A stretch of DNA of 55,148 bases from the IMG/VR virus record IMGVR_UViG_3300032116_000256, positions 1-55,148 of that record; one strand, 5' to 3'. The notes under the pieces are model-generated. The model was not told the origin of the DNA. It searched no databases and saw only the letters and a list, made by a program, of their open reading frames with translations. The DNA is from a virus. Its lineage: Duplodnaviria; Caudoviricetes. Position 1 is the stretch's first letter, and each line of letters starts with the position of its first letter. Both the position numbers and the translations under genes were made by a program. Positions 25,665-35,000 of this stretch are shown here, one piece after another.

Positions 25665-25693
25665 AACTTACTTGGGTTTTTTTATCCTGTCAA
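25665..25693 (-). promoter_or_regulatory. Leaderless sigma70-type promoter
   Basis: TTGACA-17-TAAGTT, 6 nt before ATG 25658. Confidence 0.65.
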
Positions 25694-26172
25694 GTCTTTT
25701 TGTACCTTAATTTCCAAAAAACATCATTTTCTTCTACAAGTTCAATGAATCCGTACATTTTCATTAATTTTAAATACCTATCGCTGTTCTTTCTGCTTTT
25801 TAAAATCTTAGTATAAAACTCATTAAATTTTGTTTTCTTTAATTCCGCATGAAAAGCTTTTAACATTTCTTGAGTTAAAACATAATTAGAATCAAAATAG
25901 GATGTAACTACATAGGCGCTAACATTGGTTATTTCTTTAATAATAGTTGCCCCAAAGACAGTTCCGTCTGTGGTTTTAAGAACAAATGAATTTTTAATGT
26001 TTTGATCTATCATTTGCCCTATTTTATTAAAAAAAATAGTTGGACTTTGTATAGATGCAACTTTATGATTAAGGTGGGCCTTTAATGCTATTTTCAATAC
26101 TGCGTTCTTATCTAACTTGGACATTTTATGTATTTCAAACGAATCTATTTTTATTTTGTTTTTAATGTCCAT
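25690..26172 (-). CDS. Possible GNAT-fold protein
   Basis: SFVL...G.VFG strands and C-terminal RKN...YLKLMKMYGF resembling GNAT motif B. Confidence 0.45.
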   Translation of the reverse strand: MDIKNKIKIDSFEIHKMSKLDKNAVLKIALKAHLNHKVASIQSPTIFFNKIGQMIDQNIKNSFVLKTTDGTVFGATIIKEITNVSAYVVTSYFDSNYVLTQEMLKAFHAELKKTKFNEFYTKILKSRKNSDRYLKLMKMYGFIELVEENDVFWKLRYKKT

Positions 26173-26202
26173 GAGTGTAAATATAATCTGAGGTAAAAGG
26201 AA

Positions 26203-27735
26203 ATGTCAAGGGAATCTAATCATAAAGTAAATGCGGAGCTTTTTTCGCTTGAGCCTACGGCCTTGCTTGAATTCTTCGTGATTTATTATGATTATGTTAA
26301 TAGACCAGACGAAAAACTCTACATTCATGGTGGCACAAACGGCATAAATGGCTCAGTTTGGTGGCAAGGTCAGGAATATTCTCCATTTCCCATACAGAGT
26401 TCTGGTTTCGAATCAAAGGGGGATGGTTCTTTACCTAGACCAAAGTTAATGGTATCAAACCAAGACTTTTTCATGTCGAACTTGATTCGTCGATATGATA
26501 ACCTTATTGGTGCCAAGATAGTTAGAAAAAGAACTTTCGTCAAATTTTTAGATAACAAAAACTTTTCTGGGTCAGTTCATCCTTATGGATCTGCTGATCC
26601 AAGTGCAGGTTTGGAAGATCAGGTATTTTATATCTTAAGAAAATCTTCTGAGAACAGATCAATTGTGGAGTTTGAGTTAGCTTCGCCGTTAGAGCTTGAT
26701 AATGTCACTTTCCCTAAAAGAATTGTAATGGCGAGATATTGTTCATTTCATTACAGAGGTATAGGTTGCAGGTACTCTGGCCCACCAATAGCAGATGAAA
26801 ATGACGTTAAAATATCTTCTCCTACCGATGTTAGAAACGGCTTAATTAAACGTAGATATGATAAAGCTGGCCTTGTACTGCCAACAAATACAGCGACCTT
26901 TATATCTGGCATTAGTTCAGTAACAACAGCAACAGAATCTGTTGTGTCAAATATATCTGTAGATAACGAAGATAATTTCTATCTTGAGTTTCTTGGGTTT
27001 TTCAAAGTTGGTAAAGGACAAGCAGGAGAATACATATTTGGAGTTAATAATGACGAATCTGTAGAGTTCATTTTAAATAATAATATCATTGTAAAAGATT
27101 ATGGACCCGGCCCGCAAGACCCTGCGTCAAAGCCAAAATGGTCTGGCAGAGTAGAATATTTAAGCGAAGGGTATCATAGATTATTAATTAGATATGCGGA
27201 ATCAACTGGTGCTCAAGGACTTGCATTATATTACAAAACTCCAAATTCAGCTAATATGTCTCTCGCTGTTGATTCAGCTTCTTGGGTAGCATTGCCAGCG
27301 TCGAGACTTTATTACGACATAGATGAAGTTGGCAAGTTGGCAGCAAATCAAAACTTCAGTTCTAATATCTCTTTGAGCAGAACAGTGTCATTAAATCAAA
27401 GCTCTCTTGGAGATGGAGTAACAATTGATCGTGGAAGATGGGTAACTAAAAGTAATTATAAGGTAGGCGACTTTGTTTATGTCGAAAACCATAACGTAAA
27501 AATTCCTAAAGACAATATAAATGCAATTCCAAATTGGGAGCCGTTACAAAAGATTTATATATGCCTTAAAGATCATACCAGTTCGCCAACCAATGCGCCT
27601 TATTTAAATAAAACATTATGGGTGGCAGATCAATGCTCTAAAACTTTAAGTGGATGTAAATTAAGATTTGGGCGCGAAGCATCTTTACCTTTTGGTGGAT
27701 TCCCAGGAACAGAAGAATACTCAATAAACGGATAA
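26203..27735 (+). CDS. Minor tail protein L-like (Fe-S) with PA14-like insertion
   Basis: YSPFPIQSSGFE..GDGSLPRP, KRTFVKFLD, EFELAS, CSFHYRGIGC...CSKTLSGC..RF..LPFGGFPG. Confidence 0.9.
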   Translation: MSRESNHKVNAELFSLEPTALLEFFVIYYDYVNRPDEKLYIHGGTNGINGSVWWQGQEYSPFPIQSSGFESKGDGSLPRPKLMVSNQDFFMSNLIRRYDNLIGAKIVRKRTFVKFLDNKNFSGSVHPYGSADPSAGLEDQVFYILRKSSENRSIVEFELASPLELDNVTFPKRIVMARYCSFHYRGIGCRYSGPPIADENDVKISSPTDVRNGLIKRRYDKAGLVLPTNTATFISGISSVTTATESVVSNISVDNEDNFYLEFLGFFKVGKGQAGEYIFGVNNDESVEFILNNNIIVKDYGPGPQDPASKPKWSGRVEYLSEGYHRLLIRYAESTGAQGLALYYKTPNSANMSLAVDSASWVALPASRLYYDIDEVGKLAANQNFSSNISLSRTVSLNQSSLGDGVTIDRGRWVTKSNYKVGDFVYVENHNVKIPKDNINAIPNWEPLQKIYICLKDHTSSPTNAPYLNKTLWVADQCSKTLSGCKLRFGREASLPFGGFPGTEEYSING

Positions 27736-27736
27736 T

Positions 27737-28099
27737 ATGAAATCAATTGTAGAACACGCATCAACATCTAATCTTGAAGTTTGTGGATTTGTATTTGTGG
27801 AAAATGGAGAATTAAAAACTGAACCTGCAAAGAACATCGCAGTTTATCAAAATGATTTGTTTGAGATACATCCATTAGAAATACTGCGCCATATGAAAAG
27901 TGGTAAATTAGCCGCTATTTACCACACTCATCCAGAGACAGGCGATAATGAATCAGAGTTTGACAAGTTTAATTGCGAGAATTCTTGTATTCCTTATGTC
28001 ATTTATAGCAAAAAAACAGAATCATTTAATCTTTTAGTGCCAAGAAAACCTCATGTAAATAAACAGTATATAGAATTATTAAAACAAAAATATGACTAA
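27737..28099 (+). CDS. Tail assembly protein K-like, JAB/MPN domain only
   Basis: EVCGF...IYHTHP......SEFD; no NlpC/P60 domain. Confidence 0.85.
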   Translation: MKSIVEHASTSNLEVCGFVFVENGELKTEPAKNIAVYQNDLFEIHPLEILRHMKSGKLAAIYHTHPETGDNESEFDKFNCENSCIPYVIYSKKTESFNLLVPRKPHVNKQYIELLKQKYD

Positions 28100-30581
28100 T
28101 GTTTATCTATATGGTGAGTTGCGAAACAAATTTGGATCAGAATTTAAATTTCACATAAATTCTGGCAAAGAAGTTTTTTTGGCGATTAATGCCAATAGAA
28201 AAGGATTTTTTGATGAAGTAAAAAAATTAGCCGCAAAAAATATTCATTATAGAATAGTTGTTGACGATCAAGTTGTAGAAAACCCAAATGAATTTTTAAT
28301 AACAAAAGCTCCTAAAGAAGTTCATATAATTCCTGCTGTATGGGGGGCTGGCGGCAATGGTGTTGTTCAAACGGTAGTAGGCGCTTTATTAATCGCCGCA
28401 TCATTTTTACCTATTCCTGGTGCTCAATTTTTAGCTTATATCGGAAGTGCATTACTGGTTCAAGGCGTAATGACGCTTCTTTTCCCTCCTCCAAAACCAG
28501 ACTTTAATCAAGAAGTTGCGGCAGGAGGCAAATCTTATCTCTTCGGACAAAAACCGCCAAACACATCACAAGGGCAAGCTGTGCCAGTTGGATATGGAAG
28601 ACTACTAGTAGAGTCTTCGCAAATTAGCTTTGGCATTAATCATTATCCTCTAAAGACTGACATTAAAACTTTGATGGCCCCAGTTGATAGACCAATTGAT
28701 GATTTTCTTGAACTTGAATATAAGAATGAAGATTCGCCAAGTATCACTCTTGACAGTTTTTATACTAATCAGGCAATGGGAATGGATGAGCCACTTTCAT
28801 TTGCTTCCGTAAATATATTAAATTCTTATATTAATATTGTTACAAATGCAACATCAAAAGTAACTACTGAGCCAGTAGAAGTAGTAGTCAAGAGAGATGG
28901 AGAAGTAGTATCTAATCCAAACTTAACTACTTTTGACGAAGACATTGAATATCAATGGTCAAACATGAATGCTGATGGAGGCAAGCCAAAGATAAGAATT
29001 GAGAATCCATATTCGTTTGATGCTGGATTAGTTTATAGATCTTATCAAGCTCCCGATTTCGCGCTCAACCCAGATTTGAATGTTAAAAATACTGACGCTT
29101 CATTCTTTGCGAGCTACAAACAAAATCAATATGTTAAATATGGTCCAATGCAATTTAAAAATCTTAAATTCGCTATATGGGATTCAACTTATACATATGT
29201 AAGCGGCGAACTTATTTCTTTTAATGATAAGTATTATCAATCGATAGCAGGCAATTCAAATCAATTACCAACTGGAGTTGGAGGTATAACAAATACAACA
29301 TATTGGCAGCAGGTAACATCTCCAGATACTGAAAGTTTATATTATGCTTTGTCTGATAATTCTAGATTTCTTCCTACGGATGTTGTTAAATGGCAAAGAA
29401 TAGCAACTTCTCCACAAACCAGCGGAGATATGAATGAAAGATTTGATCGTTTTGGCGCTCCCAAAAATCTTGATGATAAAATTTATCTTGGTGATTTTAA
29501 AAATATAAATGAAAATAGTGTCGGCGATAGTAATGCAAATGTTGATAACTATGGAATGGAATTTTTAGGTTATTTCCATGTGCCATTAGTGAGAGATAGA
29601 TTAATTAGCGTAATGGATGCTACAGCAGATGTAATGTATGAGATAGTAAAAGTTGGTACTTTTAATCAATGGGCTAGTATAGGATTAACCGGAGAAAATG
29701 GCGCGGCAATAGCTCCAGTACCGGGTATGACATTCAAAAAGAATTCTACGGTGGTAGTTGGAGATGGTCAAGTTTATCCAGTTGTTAAATATAGATTTAA
29801 ATTAGATTCGGATGACGCTTCTGATTTCTTTATTGATGGTTGGACTGGAAGTTCATACTACGGCAATCACGGAATGTATTCTGGATTTGCGAATCCCAAT
29901 AATCCAACTCAATCCGAGATTGCAGCTTTACCATCTCTGGTAACAGAAGCTTTATTAACAGTTGGCTATCATAGAATGTATGCAAGATTTCAGGATGATC
30001 TGGGCGGGGAAGGCATAACGGTTTATTATCAATATGATAGTAATTGGGATGGAACTTATTCAAATTATGCTCCAATACCATCATCTGCACTTTTCCATAA
30101 AAAATCTACAGATTTGATTATACCCAAGAACCAGAAGTTTATGTCCAAAACCCAACTTATTCCTGCAACAAGTATGGTCACGGGCAAAAAATATAAAATT
30201 GTTAAATTGGGAACTGTAAACTGGGGCAAGTTAGGAGCAAGTTCTCCTGTAGTTGGTTCAGTATTTATTAAGATAGCAACTCCTGGTGGTTATACAATTC
30301 CCGCAGATGGATTTGTTTACGAGGATACTTTCAGTTATTACGAAGGTAAATCCGCCAATTCAAATAGAATTATTAGATTTGTCGCTGACAGACCAACAGA
30401 TATAGATAAGGTTGACGAAGGTTTATCGTTCTATCAGGTAAAATATAAATGCAATGTCAAACTTGATAGAGTAACTTTAAACACATCGCCTGTAAAGGTT
30501 AATATTAAATTCCTCCCAACAGAAACTAAATTTAATGGAACTGTTGGCATAGCACTTCCACCGCAGGTAAACTCAATCTAA
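28092..30581 (+). CDS. Tail assembly protein I-like, extended with PA14-like and repeat modules
   Basis: VYLYGEL...FG ubiquitin-like N-terminus ending IIPAVWGAGG, hydrophobic hairpin, SYLF...QGQAVPVGYGRL, then SDD-containing PA14-like domain. Confidence 0.85.
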   Translation: MTNVYLYGELRNKFGSEFKFHINSGKEVFLAINANRKGFFDEVKKLAAKNIHYRIVVDDQVVENPNEFLITKAPKEVHIIPAVWGAGGNGVVQTVVGALLIAASFLPIPGAQFLAYIGSALLVQGVMTLLFPPPKPDFNQEVAAGGKSYLFGQKPPNTSQGQAVPVGYGRLLVESSQISFGINHYPLKTDIKTLMAPVDRPIDDFLELEYKNEDSPSITLDSFYTNQAMGMDEPLSFASVNILNSYINIVTNATSKVTTEPVEVVVKRDGEVVSNPNLTTFDEDIEYQWSNMNADGGKPKIRIENPYSFDAGLVYRSYQAPDFALNPDLNVKNTDASFFASYKQNQYVKYGPMQFKNLKFAIWDSTYTYVSGELISFNDKYYQSIAGNSNQLPTGVGGITNTTYWQQVTSPDTESLYYALSDNSRFLPTDVVKWQRIATSPQTSGDMNERFDRFGAPKNLDDKIYLGDFKNINENSVGDSNANVDNYGMEFLGYFHVPLVRDRLISVMDATADVMYEIVKVGTFNQWASIGLTGENGAAIAPVPGMTFKKNSTVVVGDGQVYPVVKYRFKLDSDDASDFFIDGWTGSSYYGNHGMYSGFANPNNPTQSEIAALPSLVTEALLTVGYHRMYARFQDDLGGEGITVYYQYDSNWDGTYSNYAPIPSSALFHKKSTDLIIPKNQKFMSKTQLIPATSMVTGKKYKIVKLGTVNWGKLGASSPVVGSVFIKIATPGGYTIPADGFVYEDTFSYYEGKSANSNRIIRFVADRPTDIDKVDEGLSFYQVKYKCNVKLDRVTLNTSPVKVNIKFLPTETKFNGTVGIALPPQVNSI

Positions 30582-30582
30582 A

Positions 30583-31515
30583 ATGAAAATATTGAATTCA
30601 TATAGATTCGGCAAAGGCGCAAAAGATGACGAATCACAAATTCCTGCTTTGATTCCGCCCAAAGACCAGAAGTTAAACAAATCTATATCTATTGCCGAAA
30701 GCATTGATATTATATGCGAAGGCCCGATCTATGGCTTGGTAGATCAATTCGGCAAAAAGGTTTATGGCTTGGATATGTTGAAAGGAATTTATTTAAATGG
30801 AAATGCGGTAATGAATTCAAAGGGTGAATATAACTATAGAAACATATTGATGGAGATTAATCTAGGTACAGAGAATCAAAAACCACTTCCAAGTTTTAAA
30901 TATGTAAGTATACCGAAAGCCGTTAATTTTAAATTATTAGGTCCAATTAAAAATTCATACGCTAGTGGTCAAAACCCAGATGTAAAAACAGGCCCAAATC
31001 CAGACCAAGTAAGAGACTTTGTTCGTTGGGGAAGAGCGCCAAAAGGCGACTGGCCTAGTGAAGACAAAGATCCATTTGTATTTATTCATAAGATAAGAAA
31101 CCGAGATGTTTCAAAAGTTAAAATAAGTCTTTTAGTAGAAAAATTAAATGACACTGTAGATATAGGCGAAAAAGGTAAAGCTGGAAGTATTGGCACGATT
31201 GCACAAACATCAATTACTTTAAGAATAAAGCATGGTTTAGAAAGTTCTAATATAGTAACTTGCCAAGATGTTACAATATGGGGAAGTGCAACAAGCCCAT
31301 TTGCTTATATGTTAGGAGAAAATGAAGAAACCTATTCTGCTCCTTGGGTGACCGATTTGGGAAGATCTTCTTCGGTTGGAGGTATGGGACCAATCGGAGG
31401 AACAACATCTTCAGCTTCTGCATCTGCTACAAGATCATTGCCATCATCAATTGGAAGCGATGCTGATTGGTTATCTAGACTGCCACAAGCTCCAACAATA
31501 GGTCAATACGTTTAA
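30583..31515 (+). CDS. Tail tip protein J, N-terminal part
   Basis: IDIICEGPIYGL...GIYLNG..V....G.YNY...LGTENQ. Confidence 0.8.
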   Translation: MKILNSYRFGKGAKDDESQIPALIPPKDQKLNKSISIAESIDIICEGPIYGLVDQFGKKVYGLDMLKGIYLNGNAVMNSKGEYNYRNILMEINLGTENQKPLPSFKYVSIPKAVNFKLLGPIKNSYASGQNPDVKTGPNPDQVRDFVRWGRAPKGDWPSEDKDPFVFIHKIRNRDVSKVKISLLVEKLNDTVDIGEKGKAGSIGTIAQTSITLRIKHGLESSNIVTCQDVTIWGSATSPFAYMLGENEETYSAPWVTDLGRSSSVGGMGPIGGTTSSASASATRSLPSSIGSDADWLSRLPQAPTIGQYV

Positions 31516-31519
31516 TAAA

Positions 31520-32083
31520 ATGCCAATATTAAAAACACAAGAGGAGATATTAGCTTCTAAAATAAATCCAAGAAATAATACTTCGGCTCTTGGAGTCATT
31601 TATTATTTAAAAAATAGAAGCTTTGCTGATTATGTTCCGTCGTCGCCAGACAGAATAGTTTGGGGATTTAGTTTACCTGGTTATGGCGCTGGAACTGTTA
31701 AAACATTTACTGGCATATATAATACAAGTAACGTAGAAACATCTACATTTGCTAGAGGGGCAACAATAGTTTTAAAAGGGCAAGCTACATATTTATTAAG
31801 TAGCGCCAATTCTAATATAATTAAACCTGTTTTGGGGATAACTGCCCAAATAGATATAGATGGCACAACAACATCTTTTCCGAGCAAACAAGTTTTAGCG
31901 GCTGCTACAGAAATTCAAAGTGACGGTCAGTTTGCTTTTAATATACCGTCTTCAATTACTTCTTTAATGGCGGTTGGTAGACATTCTGTTTATTTAGACG
32001 GCTTTTCGCCAAAAGGAACTGTAAGATTAGCTGTCGCGAATTCAACTGATGACGTAAGATATTTTAATATAACGGCATCTTAA
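31520..32083 (+). CDS. Hypothetical Ig-like tail protein between the J halves
   Basis: Beta-rich; DGQFAFNIP...GRHSVYL Ig-like pattern. Confidence 0.6.
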   Translation: MPILKTQEEILASKINPRNNTSALGVIYYLKNRSFADYVPSSPDRIVWGFSLPGYGAGTVKTFTGIYNTSNVETSTFARGATIVLKGQATYLLSSANSNIIKPVLGITAQIDIDGTTTSFPSKQVLAAATEIQSDGQFAFNIPSSITSLMAVGRHSVYLDGFSPKGTVRLAVANSTDDVRYFNITAS

Positions 32084-32093
32084 TTTATAATAA

Positions 32094-35000
32094 ATGATGA
32101 AAATTTTAAATCCAAATAGATTTGCCAAGGGAGCAGAAGACCCAGGTGAAGGCAGCAACTCTGATCCCACAGTTGATTTGACAAATCAGTCAACAAAGAT
32201 TGGCGAGATTGTATTGCCGCCATCTGTTGATGGGAAAGATAGATTTATATCGATTGAGAAATTAACCCCAGAAACAATATCTCCATTAGTGTCTAAAGAT
32301 GTTAGCGTTGAAGGTATAATTGAAGTTGTAGACAGATCATTTTCATATCCATTGACTGCTCACGTTGGATTAAAAATTGATTCAAGAACATTTTCGAATA
32401 TTCCAGAAAAGAAATTCGATGTTAAGATGAAGAAGGTAAAAGTACCTTCAAATTATTTTGGTATTGGCGGTAATGGATTAGACAGAAGATATGTATATTC
32501 AAATCCGAATTATGATGGCGATCCCAATAATTTAGATTTGGTATTTGTTATTGATCAGAACTTAAATTTAGCAAATAGAAGGCTGATTAAAAGAAATTTA
32601 AAAGAGATGTTGGGTAAACTTTGTTCTGGATATACTTATATCAGAGCATCGATATGGCAAACATCAGCGGATAAAAATACAGTAATAAATCAAAAAACTG
32701 GTGAAACTATAACTAATTTCACCCATTACGAAACATATGAATTTTTTGAGGTTGAGACGCCAGATTCATCTGGAAATAATAATACAAATCTTTATACAAA
32801 ATTAAATGCTGCTCTTGATGACGCCAACAAAATTAGCATAAATGAAAGTTTAGTAAACGATGCCGTTATTGCATCTTTCTTTTTAAGAAGAAGCCAATTT
32901 GGTCTTTCTGATGAGGCGGGAGTTGTTTCAGAAGAGAAGGTTTTAAAAACAATCTGGAACAATACTGTAAGAAAAGTTATATATATATCTGGCACAAATC
33001 CAGATCAAGTTATTTCTGGTTATAATACTATGCTTAATTTTGCCAGAGAAAACGCCATTCAGTTTTACTTTTTATTCTCTGACGCACAAGACTCTAACAC
33101 AAATACTTTAAGAGAATTCGCGATTGATACTGGTGGCGGTAAATTCAATATGATGCACAAATCGGATATTGAATTGCAGCAATTTTTCGACGAGCAGTTT
33201 TACGACAACAATAGAATCTATTATGGAGATTGGGATGGAACATTTAAAATTGCATGGACAGATAATCCAGCTTGGATTCTTTATGATATTCTCACTAACG
33301 CAAACTATGGTTTAGGAAATCATATTGATCAATCTTCCATAGATAAATGGACTCTTTATGATGTTGGTAGATACTGCGACGCAGTAGATGATAAAGGCAG
33401 ATTCCAAGGAGTGCCAGATGGCAAAGGCGGTCTTGAGCCAAGATATACATGTAATATCATTTTCTACAATAAGGACGAAGCTTATAAGGTAATAAAAGAC
33501 ATAAGCGCAATTTTTAAAGGCATAACTTATTGGAATACAGAAGGATTCTCATTCTTTGCCGATAGGCCAAAAGATCCTGTAATGTTTTTTGGAAATGCCG
33601 ATGTGCTTGATGGAGCTTTCAATTATAGTGAGACGGCTAAAAATACAAGACATACGAGTGTCGAAGTTGTATATAATGATAAATACGACGGCTATAAAAC
33701 AAAAATAGAGTTCATCGAAGATGTCGATGGCATTAAAAAGTTTGGACTCAATCCATTTAAAATTAATGCGGCTGGATGCACATCAAGATCAGAAGCTAGA
33801 AGAATAGGGCGATATGTTCTTTATTCTTCAATGTTTGAAGCTGATACCGTTGCGTTTACCGCTGGATTAAATGCGGCTTATCTGCAACCTGGTGATGTAT
33901 TTGGAGTTAGCGACGAAGTTAAAAATGTTGCGAGAACATTTGGAAGAGTATTGAATGTCGATGAAGTAGCAAATCAAATTAGAATTGATAGTGAGTTTGC
34001 TCAAGGATTATCTTCTGGTATTTTCTTGCACGTTCCATCTGGAAATTTTGCAGTTTCAGATTTAAATTCAATGACTGGAAGCAATGGAGGCTTCACTGGC
34101 AACATAGAAACTATTCGCGCAAGAAGACAATCTCAGGTAAGAAAATTTAATATTCATACTGTAGAAGAAGAAGTCGGCAATTCATATGGAGCATTATTAA
34201 CTGTAACAGGAGATTTTCTTTTAAAGTCAGGAGTCATTGACGTTTACGTTGAAGAGGGAAGAGTTTCAGGTTCCAATCAAATTACTGGAGAGAGCGAATT
34301 GACTGGCTTGGTATATACATTCCCACAAAATACAGTTATAGAGGGAAATCCTCGTTGGGATGTTGCAAAATTCTCAAGCTTGTCTGGCGTTTTAAATGAT
34401 CTTAAAATTGAATTTGATGTTTCTGGAACCGCTGGTACTGGTCAATTGATAGCAAACGAAACTAATTGGGAGTGTTTATTGTCTTATGGTATATCTACTC
34501 CATCTACAATTTCGGTTAATAATGTTCAAGTTCAGACCGTAACTACAAATAAAATTAAGGTATCATTTTTTAATACTCTTGGAGTTCACCAGCAATCTAC
34601 AGAAGTAGACGACCTCAATGATATATGGTCTGGTTCTGCATTTAGTGCAGCCAATGCAGATGGCGTAATAACAGTGGTGTCTAATGGAGCGAAAATCTCT
34701 AATAGTTTTGTACCAAATTCTAACTGGAATAATTATGCGGCAACGGAGGTATTTAAAATAGGCAAAGATGTAAGTTCAACAACTACATCTTTTGGCTACA
34801 CTGCCGCATTTATAAAAGGTGGAAGCAGAATAATTGAAAGAGCTTCCAAGGGAATGAACGATTACGGTAGATTAAAATTTAGATATAGAGACTTACTAGC
34901 TTTAAGTAAATTAAGACCTTATTATACTTTCCTTCAGGCTGACATAGGAAACAGAAGGGAATCGTTTTACGAAAACTGGACAAGCAATAGATATTACGAA

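Noticed and set aside
31400-32100. Assembly error or frameshift as the cause of the split J gene
   Set aside because: A complete intervening ORF and a duplicated leader on the second half indicate a real split.
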